Positions 38,546-49,331 of a DNA stretch of 64,000 bases are shown piece after piece. Under the pieces are notes generated by a model. The model saw only the letters and a program-made list of their open reading frames with translations. It searched no databases and was not told the origin of the DNA. Every line of letters starts with the position of its first letter. The first letter of the stretch is position 1. This DNA is from Azolla caroliniana (lineage: Eukaryota > Plantae > Polypodiophyta). Both the position numbers and the translations under genes were made by a program. The stretch spans positions 9,486,001 to 9,550,000 of the forward strand of contig JBHGNT010000001.1 of assembly GCA_043228905.1 (NCBI GenBank), given 5' to 3'.

Positions 38546-39361
38546 CATAGAACGTCATAAACGTGTTCGTGCAAGCATTCAAACATTTGAAAAGATAAAA
38601 TTTGTACTCCTTTTTATTTCTTTTTTTCCATATTGTTACAAATCAGCTTGCCTAGTGGTAAGTTGTCATGCTCTTGTTGTCTATGTGTTGGGTTCAATTC
38701 CTAGTTTTCTCATCTCTCTTGTTAGTGTCATGTCGTAGCAAAATTTTATGTGTCATATTAGTTTTTTTCTTTCCTTATTATTAGAAATTAGCTCAACTTA
38801 GTGATAAGTTATCATGCTACTATTGCCTATGTCTTGGGTTCAATTCCCAATTTTCTCATATCCTCTCATTAGTGTCATGTCATGGCAAAATTTTATGTTA
38901 TTGTCACGTTCCTTTTTTTTTTTCTTTGTTATTAGAAACTAGCTCACCCTAGTGGCAAGTTGTTATGCTACTACTGCGTATGTCATGTTTTCTTCATATT
39001 CTCGAATATACGTTTTATGAGTTTTTGAACGTTTGATTATAATTTATAATGACATTTTTTTATTCAATCTCTATAGTTCATACTATTATTTTTGTAAAGT
39101 TCTAAAGTGAGGAGGATAGAGATGTCTTGATTCTTAAGAAGCATCCCAAAGGTATTCATGTGATACAATGCAAATATTGCAACCATACTTATGTTGGTGG
39201 TTCACAATGGATTAGAGTCCACTTATTGGTATTGAGAGTGAATCAATATATGATATAGACTATAGTCAATCCAATCCAACTTTGAGATGATTTACCATAC
39301 ACGTTTGATTGAATCATTCTCGAATGTGAATGCACGTATGATACATATGGTTCATTCTATG
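38546..39361 (+). mobile_element. Internally deleted hAT element with a BED zinc-finger remnant
   Basis: TIR CATAGAA/TTCTATG. 8-bp TSD TATATACG at 38538-38545 and 39362-39369. IQCKYCNHTYVGGSQWIRVHLL at ~39140-39230. Confidence 0.85.
38640..38990 (+). repeat. Three ~150-bp tandem units with tRNA-like A/B boxes
   Basis: TAGCTC...TAGTGGTAAG...GGGTTCAATTCC repeated. The third unit is truncated. Confidence 0.7.
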
Positions 39362-40252
39362 TATATACGTAGTAGTTTCTAAAATTATGCATGACTTCCC
39401 AAGTCCCTACATTTACAGTTTTTGGTTTAGTTGTACTGCTTCGCATATGCAATCACAAATCTTTGCACAACAACAAATTCATCAAACTTGGATTTCTATA
39501 CTGAGTAATTTGGCTTGATCAACTAAACATCTCTCTGAAGGATTCATCCAAATTCAACTCACCTAATAAATTATAATATTAGCTTCAAGTCTCATAACAC
39601 TTGATGAGAATGAGTGCCAAAATACCAATTGATAACCAAGCACAATAATAATAATATCCCTTTCTTTTCCTTCAATTACTATGAATTATTATGGGAAAGT
39701 GCATATGTGCTAGAAAATTTAAGGGCATACTAATTCAACAACTGAACATCACAACAAGAGCTATGTCAACACAACATAAATTACATCATCCCCACAATTG
39801 ACCCATGAAATCATCAAATTTACATTAAAATTGGAATTCAAATTAAAATAAGATTACCAATGGAACTAGAAGAAAATGACAATTGAAACCGGTAGGTGTG
39901 CACCTCAATATGAATGTCTCCAAAAATTGCATCAAAATAGAACCATAAACAACCCTCAATCTAATTATTTTTCTCTTGAGTTTGAAGAGTGTTTTTTCCT
40001 CCCACTGGTCTTTGTTCTACTTCCTTCCTCATCCTATAACGGTTTAAATAGCACCATAGTTTGAGAGGAGAAGGATCTTAAGATAATTTAGGTGAGGATA
40101 GAAACTAGGGATTTGGGTTCTCTTGTCTATGCTCTCTCTCCCTCTATCTCTTAATATTGAGCCTCCTCTACTTGTCCTTGACAATCTTGTGATCTTGCTT
40201 ATGCTCTCGTTCTCTCTTAGTACTTAGCCTCATTCCACCCGTTTGTGACACT

Positions 40253-40263
40253 TTGTTCACCTT
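40253..40263 (+). promoter_or_regulatory. Self-priming PBS of the chromovirus
   Basis: TTGTTCACCTT is the exact reverse complement of AAGGTGAACAA (45068-45078), ~25 nt after the LTR TATAAATA (45036-45043). There is no TGG-type tRNA PBS. Confidence 0.8.
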
Positions 40264-43200
40264 CCCATTTTCTAAGCCTCAACATGTCGGATCTTACCAA
40301 GAGAATAAATCACCTCATGGAAGCCATGCATCAACTTCAACTTGAGAATGACAACCTTCGGGAATCGTTATGGAAGCTTCAAGTTGGAACACCGATGGAA
40401 CTCGAAGAAAAAAACAACTCTCCTCCTACATCAACAAATGTTCTACCTATAGAGCCTGGTTCCTCGTCTATGCTTTCTCCAACTCCTTCCCATCCTAGTA
40501 CAAGTTTGGAGCCCAATATTAGTTTACCTGACAAGTTCGATGGCACGAGGAAGCACTTCTGAGGGTTCATAAATCAGATCAAGCTTATTATCCAACTACA
40601 GCCTCAACGGTATGCGGATGATTTTCGTCAAGTTTGTCTCATTGGGACCCTTCTGTCCGGAGCTACACAAGCCTGGTTTGCACCGTTGGTCGACACTTCA
40701 TCACCACTTCTACAAAATTTTCCTGCCTTTGTGGCAAAGTTTGAGGCAACATATGGGGATATGGACCGATGCCAAACTGCCATCACCAAACTCTATTCAT
40801 TACATCAAGATATGCGTCTGGTATCCGTTTATGCCTCTGAATTTAGACAATTAGCATGTGATGTTCAGTGGGATGGCCAAGCTCTCTACGACCATTTTTG
40901 TCGGGGCCTTCAAAGCGAGATTAAAAATTTACTACTCAACTTTCCGGAGCCTACATCATTGTCGCAAGCCATCACGCAAGTAGTTAGTTGTGACAATTGG
41001 TTGTTTGAGCTTCGTCAAGAGGAACGAACAACTTCAAGATGGAAACCCTTTTCGAGATCTTCTCCATCGTCATCGTACGATGACCCCGTGCCAATGGAAA
41101 TTGATCGAGCTCGTGCCCCGCCACTCACCGAGGGTGAACGGAGGTATCACTAAACCAACGGACTATGTTTATATTGTGGTGCATCCACCCATCTCTTCGT
41201 TTTCGCCCAATCAAGAATAATCAACGACAAATATCTACAAACAATACGACAAGACGGCCCCAACAACGGGAAGACGACGGTGTCCAACTACAGTAGGAGC
41301 CATGTGGTTGGAAAATCCGCATTCGTGTCGCTCCCATAGTTTGGCTACATCGACAGAAGATTTCTCCTTTCCGGTAAGCATCCATTTCAAGTCGATTTCA
41401 ATTAGATTCTTAGCACTTCTAGATTCCGGGGCAACAACGTGTTTTATGGACAAAAGGTTCGTTCGTAAACACAAATTCCCGGTTGTCCGATTGTTCAAGC
41501 CAATCCCAGTGGAAGCTATCGATGGATGCATGCTTTCTTCGGGAGCAATCAACGAAGCCACTGCCCCACTTATCTTACAGCTCAGGGACCACCAGGAGGC
41601 CTTAATGTTTTATGTTATCACTTCACCGCGACATCCGGTCATCCTCGGTTTGTCTTGGCTGAAGGCACATAATCCACTTGTTGATTGGCGCAATCACTCG
41701 ATTACTTTCTCCCAAACCAGCTCAGAGGTGCAAGCAATATCTCATGTTGCTGCATGCGCTCAACCTCCCATTAATGCAGGAATCAGCTCCAAGGCGGATG
41801 CTCACATCCCAGTCACAACAAGGAAAATAGTTGCATAGTGCCTCGTCGAGAAATCCAATGAGGAAAACTATTGACTTCAAGGAAGTATTTGAGAAAAAGA
41901 ATGATGATCACTTGCCTGACCATCGACGCTATGTTTGTCCGATCGATCTGCAAGAAGGTGCTAGTCCTCCCAATTTATGGGTTGTCAAAACCAGAACTCC
42001 AGGCACTCCAAATGTATCTCGATGAGAACCTTGAAAAGGGTTTTATTCAACCCTCAAAATCACCAGCAGGAGCTCCTATTTTGTTACTGAAAAAGAAAGA
42101 TGGATCCTTACGCCTCTGTGTCGACTATCGGGGTCTAAACAAGGTTACTGTTTGCAACCGCTATCCACTGCTTCTCATCCTAGAGTTGTTGGATCGATTC
42201 TGGACTGGGAAGATCTTCTCCAAGATTGACCTACGGGGGGAGCATACAATTTGGTACGGATCAAACCTGGAGATGAATGGAAAACCGCCTTTAGAACGCG
42301 CTACGGACATTTCGAGTATAAGCTAATGCCTTTCGGCCTCACTAATGCTCCTGCAGTATTTCAACATATGATGAATGACAAAAATATCTAGATCACTTTG
42401 TTGTGATCTATCTAGATGATATCTTGGTCTTCTCTTCGAACATCAAGGAGCATACTCGACATGTAAGGTTAGTCCTCGCCAAACTTCGCGAGCACAGACT
42501 CTATGCTAAAAGTGAAAAATGTGAATTTGATCGTACTTCTGTAGAGTTTCTTGGGTATGTCATTTCGACACAAGGAATCACAATGGACACATGGAAAGTC
42601 AAGACTATCCAAGAGTGGGCTATCCCAACTCGGGTACGAGATGTGCAATCATTCCTTGGTTTTGCCAATTTTTATTGTCACTTCATCAAAGGATTCTCAA
42701 TGATCGCACAACCTCTCATTGCTCTTACCCGCAAGGATGCTACTTTCGAATGGACAACAATTGTCCAAAAGGCGTATGACTTGCTAAAACAAGCCTTTAC
42801 TATGGCACCGATCCTTTTACATCCTGACCCAACTAAGCCTTTCCAAGTCGAAACAGATGATTCCGATTTCGCCATTGGGGCGATCCTCTCCTAGCCAGAT
42901 GAGGTCGGTGTGCTTCACCCGGTGGCTTACTACTCCCACAAATTTACGGCCCTAGAAATCAACTACCCCATATATGACAAGGAGCTTCTCGCTATTATTG
43001 CTGCTTTTGAAGAATGGAGACCCTATTTAGCTGGGGCGCAACACCGTATCCAAATGATTACTGATCACAAAAATCTAATATAATTTTCTACCACATGAAC
43101 CTTAAATCGTAGACAAGCGCGATGGTCGACCTTCTTGGCAGATTCTGAATTTGAGATAATCTTTTGACCCGACGATCAACACACGACAACCGATGTCTTA

Positions 43201-44802
43201 TCCCGTCGGTCGGAGTTCAAGCTCACTCCGGAGGATGAAGCCTATGTTCAGCAGTCCCAGAGTTTGTTAAAGCCTAACCAATTCTACAACTTCACGACTT
43301 GCTTGCTCCGGGATGACTCTTTGCTCAAGAAAATAGTAGAAGCCACTACGACTGACAAGTTCGCCACAAAGGTCAACGCAAGTATCACAAACCCCTCCCA
43401 TGAACCCAAAAGACCGTATTTACCTCGTTTTACAATTCAGGATAATCTTTTGTATGTCCCAGAAGGTCCTTGTCGGATAAGGGTGTTTCACGAGTGTCAC
43501 GATGATCCACTTGTTGGTCATTTTGGCGTTGCGAAAACCTTGGAGTTGATATCTCAGGGATACTAGTGGCCACAACCATGGAAATTGGTCAAAGAGTTCG
43601 TTAAGTCTTGCGACGTTTGTGCTCACTCTAAAGCATCTCATCATCGACCATATAGTCTCCTTCGTCCTCTCCCAATCCCCAAACGGCCTTGGGCCTCTCT
43701 TTCCATGGATTTCATCACTGACCTTCCCTTTGTTGGTGGTTATGACTCGGTATTCATCATGGTCGATTGCTTCACCAAGATGGCTCATTCTGCTCCATGA
43801 GCCAAAACCATTACCGGAGAGGAGACATCCAATTTTTTTTTCAAAAATGTGGTTCGACTACATGGACTCCCGAACGATATCACTTTTGATCGAGGACCAC
43901 AATTTGTTTCCAATTTCTGGCGGCACCTTCTTCAAACCTTTGGTTGTAATGTGAATCTATCTTCCGCTTATCATCCGCAAACCAATGGACAAATGGAACG
44001 GGTTAACCAAATCTTGGAACAATACTTGTGGTGCTCTCTTAGTTACCAACAAGACAACTGGGTTGAACTTCTCCCACTTGCTGAGTTCACCTACAACAAC
44101 TCTCTGCATGCATCTATGGGAGTTACTCCATTTTTCGCCAACTATGGTCTCCACCCCCGCTTCAACATTTCGCTTCCCTCTGACTCTGTCAATCCTTCTA
44201 CGGAGGACTGTGCACGTCTCTTGGAGGATGTACATCACAATCTTTCCTTGGAGCTCACCCTCGCTGGCGAACGCTACAAGGAGCAAGCTGACCGTCATCA
44301 CTTAGATGCTCCCCAGTTCGAGGTAGGAGACTTTGTTTGGCTTCTCCGTCGCAATATTGCCACCACTTGTCGTTGTCTGAAGCTTGATTACAAGAAGTTA
44401 GGCCCTTTCTAAATCATTGAGAAAATTGGTTCCATGGCTATCCGCTTAGAGCTACCATCCCACTTTCGTATTCATAATGTATTCCATGTCTCCCTTCTAG
44501 AACCTCGCCATATATCTGAAATCCCCGGTTGACACCCATCTCCTCCACCACCAATCCAGCTCTCAACCAGAGAAGAATATGAGGTCGACCAAATTCTCGA
44601 CTCTCGTCTCTTCTGTCGCCAACTTCAATACCTTGTCCTCTGGAAAGGGTACCCAATCTCTGAAGCAACATGGGAGCCGACACATCATCTCAAGCATGCC
44701 CCAGACATAGTTCGAGCATTTCATGAACGTTATCCACAAAAACCGGCCATGAGTCCAAGAGGTGGCCTTAGAGGGAGAATAATGTCATAGATAGGATGCC
44801 AC

Positions 44803-44874
44803 ATGGAATGGTGGGGATTGAACCCATGACCTTCTGGTCTTATTGGGCAACCTTACCAATTGAACGACATCCAT
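44803..44874 (-). other. Degenerate tRNA-like sequence in the U3 of the Gypsy LTR (not a functional tRNA)
   Basis: ATGGATGTCGTTCAATTGGTAAGG...AAGGTCATGGGTTCAATCCCCACCATTCCA. It has an A box, a B box/T arm and a partial acceptor stem, ~72 nt. Confidence 0.55.
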
Positions 44875-45269
44875 CTATGCATTATTGTATTGTGTAAGAC
44901 TCAACTTATTTCATTATACATTGATCACTAGAATTTTCAAGAACCTTCTAGAGAATGCATTGTCATGCACGCTCTAGAAGTTTGCATGCACTCTCTAGAA
45001 GTCTTCTAGCTTTCATGCATACCTCCACATTCTTGTATAAATACTAGGGTGCACCTTGATTACAATCAAGGTGAACAATACCAGTTATGAAAGCATATAC
45101 AATTCTTGTTTATTTGTCTATCCTCTCTCTTGCTTGTTCTCTTGTCTATGCTCTCTCTCCCGCTATCTCTTAATATTGAGCCTCCTCTACTTGTCCTTGA
45201 AAATCATGTGATCTTGCTTATGATCTTGCTCTCTCTTAGTACTTAGCCTCATTCCACCCGTTCGTGACA

Positions 45270-48200
45270 GATGTGGTATCAAACTCATCTATTATGCATG
45301 TGATGGATCAAGAGAAGAATATAGAAAGCATAGATGCTCGAGAATTGAAAGGATGTGAACGACGATCAAAGAACATTGTCATCCGTGGGATTAAAGAGGA
45401 GAGTGTGGAAACACCCGCATCCCTCGGAAAAGGCCATTAGTGAATTTTTTAGCATGCATTATGGTATGTCGGATGTGAATGTATATGGGGCACACCGAGT
45501 TGGGAAACATGGTGTTACTCGCTTTGGAGAAAGGCCTATTGTATGCACAATGATGGATGATACAAAGTCGTGGATCATACTTGAAAATAGTTGGGTATAC
45601 CTCAAAGGTACGCAATGCTTTGTGAGTGAAGATCGTACTATCTCACAAGAAAATGCCTGTCGTTCAACATATGAAGGAAGATTGAAAAATAAGCCTAAAG
45701 ATGTGCCTAAAGATGGAAATGTAGGCAAATAGGGACACGTGAACTATGAGACTAACCCACGTCTTTTACGACAATGCTTTTGGAATTGCAATGGATACCC
45801 ATTGAATGCGGGATTTGGCATAGAGGAGTCCACTAATGACTCTGATATCACACATCTTGTTGAAACATGGGAGCATGGTACTCAAATGATTCAAGGTTTA
45901 GGAAACTATAATGTACACTCATATTTGATATGGGAGAAAAATCTAAGACAAAGAAGAGGACAAGGAGGGGTGGCATGTTTGATTAAGAAGGAAATAGAGA
46001 AATATGTGTCAATCGTAAAAAATGATGAACATAAATGCTACATATGGCTTAACATAGAAACACCTAATGATTTTCCCGTGTTTTTGTAGTTGGATGTTAC
46101 ATTTCTCATCAAAATTCTAACTTTTATGCTTGTTTGGATAAAGATCAACCTTTTGCCAATCTAGATGATGATATTGCTTATTTCAAATCCAAAGGGGAAG
46201 TTATTGTCTTTGGTGACATGAATGCTCATACAAGAAGTTTCCAACTCGATACACAAGAATCTTTCATGCCACATATATCAAGGATGCAAGAGGATATGCA
46301 AATGTATAGCCGCTCTTCTAGCGACAAAACAGATTTGTACCAATTTGGGAAGTTACTCCTACAAATGTGCAATAGTACCAGATTGCTTATTGCAAATGGT
46401 GTTTCCTTATGGCCCAACACTAATGGTTTTACATGTAGAAAACACAACGGAAATAGTGTGATTGACTATGTGCTACTTTTCGACGGTATTTTGGATCATA
46501 TACATAAATTCTCACTTGGTGAATGGACACCAAAATCTGATCATAGGGATTTATGTATTTATCTCAAATGTATGCATAGGTTTGATTGTGAGAAGGCCAT
46601 TGAAGATAATAAACAACTGCACTTGAGCATGAACCTTACGCGAGAGCCCATGTATTCCAAGATGGTTGAGGATATGTTACAAATGACAAAGATACAACAT
46701 GGTGCCACATTAGAATGCAAATGGGAAGCTTTTAAGAAAGTCATTATCTTGTGTACAAACAAATGTTTTTCAACCAACCACACATCTTGGAAATGCACCA
46801 AGAAATTTAGGATAAAATGGTTTGATAAAGAATGTCGTGAAGCTCGAAAGTGCCTTATGGTTTTGGATGTAGTCAAGGATAAAGAAAATTACCAAAAGCA
46901 TTTGCATAAGTATTAAAGGCTTATTCAAAGAAAGAGAAGAATATGAGTAGTTACTCAACAATTTCTCCAAATGCAAGAGAAAGCACATGCATGTGCTAAA
47001 TTTTGGGGAAATCTAAAAGGGAAACATGTTGAGAGTTATGGTGACTTAACTCTTCACGACTTGTCTATGCATTGTAAGAATTTATATGAGTTATCTCTTG
47101 CCAGAAAGATGATGTGTTATGGTTCTCTTTCACATATGTCTCCCTTCTTTAAAATTGAAGATATATGCAAAGGACTTAAGAAATTGGCCTCTCAAAAGGC
47201 AAGCAATCTTCAATGTGTAAAGGCTGAAATGCTCAAATGGACGGGAAGGAAGAACATGTATAGATAAACGATATGTTTAATGACGCATTGCAACATGGTA
47301 TGCCATATGATTAGACTACAAATTGGATCAAACCTTTACATAAAGGTGGAGATGTAAATAATGTAAACAACTATCGAACCATCATGGTTGGCTCATTAAT
47401 GGCAAAACTATTTGGATGTATAATGGAATCAAAGATAAGTGTATGGGCTGAAAAAAATAGTTACAAGAGAGCTTATGGACAAGCTAGCTTTCAAAAACAC
47501 CATAACACCATTGATCACCTTGTCACCCTTCGAGTATTAATGGATGAAAGTCGCCTTGAGGTAAAGGTTTATATAATTGTTGCTTTGTAGACTTCAAGAA
47601 AGCTTTTGATATGGTACTCGTGAGCATCTTTGGAGGCGAATATACGAACTTGAGGTGCCAAGTGAATATATGCTTGCAATTTCCCGAATATATGAGAAGG
47701 TTATATGTTGTGTGCGTATGAGAGATAGACTTTCAGATTTTTTCAATAGCACTATTGGTGTTAAGCAAGGATGCCCACTCTCACCAACACTATTTGGTGT
47801 ATGCATTGATGAATTGGAAGAAACGGTTACCAAGTTTGTAAAGGAAGAATGTATTGAAGAAGCCATTGGGAATGTTGTCATTATGCTTTTTCTATATTCA
47901 GATGATGTAATGTTTTTTGTAAATACTTTGGTTGATGCAAAAAAGCTTATGAAAGCATTGGAATTTTTTTGCATGCATACTAAATTAAGTGTCAGTAGCT
48001 CTAAAACAAAGATTATACTTGTGAAGAGCCAAAAAAGAGATAAACCATGCATTATGTACAACAATGAGCCACTTGAATGTGTGGAAAGCTTCAAATATCT
48101 TGGCCTTGAAGTTCCTTCAAATCATAGATGGAATCAATGTGCTACACGCCGCTTAGAGGCAGATAAGTGAGCATACTATGCATTTGAGAACACATGTAAT

Positions 48201-48570
48201 CTTTGAGATATTAAGTGTTGGGTTCTCAAGAAATATCTTTTCGACACTTTGGTGACACCAGTTCTTCTCTATGGGGCAGTAGCATCCCTAAATCTACGTG
48301 GAAAGAGTTTGAAAATATCCAAAAACATTTTCTTACAAAGTTTCTACAATTTAAGAAACAAATGCCCTACACCCTCATCCTCCTTGAGACGGGATTGCTT
48401 CCGATTGAGATCATGGCCATGGAAATGGTTGTTGAATACATGATTAATGTTAAAAAAAGTCCCTCACATCAACTTCCTAGAATTGAATGGGAAGCAAGCA
48501 AAAAGATCCAAACGACGCATAAAAGCAAAAATTTGTGTTCCGGTTGGACGCAAGATATAGAAACATGGTT
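45270..48570 (+). mobile_element. RTE/RTEX-like LINE with ORF1, APE and RT, cut at the 3' side by a Copia insertion
   Basis: ORF1 RRM-type (IRGIKE..AHRVGK..RPIV..LKGTQCFVSEDRT). APE (FWNCNG, ETW, GGVA, GDMNAH, SVIDY, SDH). RT (GVKQGCPLSPTLFG, LYSDD, FKYLG). Confidence 0.9.
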
Positions 48571-48629
48571 TGTTGGGAATTCGGTCCCTCCGGATGGGAT
48601 GTCCGGAGATGAATGACGGCAAGCCCGGT

Positions 48630-48830
48630 TGCGGTTACGGAATCGGATGATAAAGACCCCGGCTACGGAACCGGATGATGAAGACCCCGGCTACGGAGCC
48701 GGATGATGAAGACCCCGGCTACGGAACCGGATGATGAAGACCTCGGCTACGGAGCCGGATGATGAAGACCCCGGTTACGGAGCCGGATGATGAAGACCCC
48801 GGCTACGGAGCCGGATGACGAAGGTACCCG
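48630..48830 (+). repeat. 28-bp tandem repeat in LTR U3 (~7 copies)
   Basis: Unit CCGGATGATGAAGACCCCGGCTACGGA(A/G). Confidence 0.93.
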
Positions 48831-48998
48831 GAGAGAGATCCGGATGCGGGGACATATTTGTGAATATGTTTGCCAAGGGCCCTTGAGGCTATATTTGTAA
48901 ATAGCCAGAAAGTCATATGTGTATAAATATGACTTAGGGCAAACAGTGTTGTTGTTGCTCATTTTTCTGGTTTCACTTAGAGAGAGTTAAGTGAGCAG

Positions 48999-49037
<39 letters not shown>

Positions 49038-49331
49038 GAAGAGGTCGTTGCCTCTGTGTACTACCGCCGCCTGTGGCGAAGACAGTGAGCTCAAGGTTGT
49101 TGCCTTGTAGCTTCACCATTGTACATCTCTGTTTATAGTTATAGTTGGAGTTTGAGGACTCCCGTGGTTTTTCCCATTTAGGGTTTTCCACGTAAAACAT
49201 CCTGTGTACCTTTCTCTCTATTGTCTTCGTGTTTTTTGTATTTCCCGTTTTCAGAGAGTTGATCCTATTCCTCGGTTGTGGCCGAGCGCCGTTTGCGACA
49301 AAGTGGTATCAGAGCGAGGTTAACACAGAAA

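Larger units (their letters stand above)
40117..45269 (+). mobile_element. Ty3/Gypsy chromovirus (Tcn1/Tf1-like), degenerate, with a truncated 5' LTR
   Basis: Partial 5' LTR 40117-40250 matches the end of the 3' LTR 44783-45269 (TG...CA). Gag PDKFDG and PVPMEID, protease [18 protein letters not shown] and YLDDILV, RNase H, integrase GHFG..KT, SMDFITDLP, DRGPQF, YHPQTNGQMER. Chromodomain EYEVDQILDSR..YLVLWKGYP.SEATWEP at ~44575-44740. PPT 44770-44782. Confidence 0.95.

Noticed and set aside
44803-44874. Functional tRNA gene
   Set aside because: The D and anticodon stems do not pair properly. Kept only as tRNA-derived.
45274-45286. PBS-like TGGTATCAAACTC after the Gypsy 3' LTR
   Set aside because: Partial match only, and it is followed by LINE ORF1, not gag. 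Probably chance.
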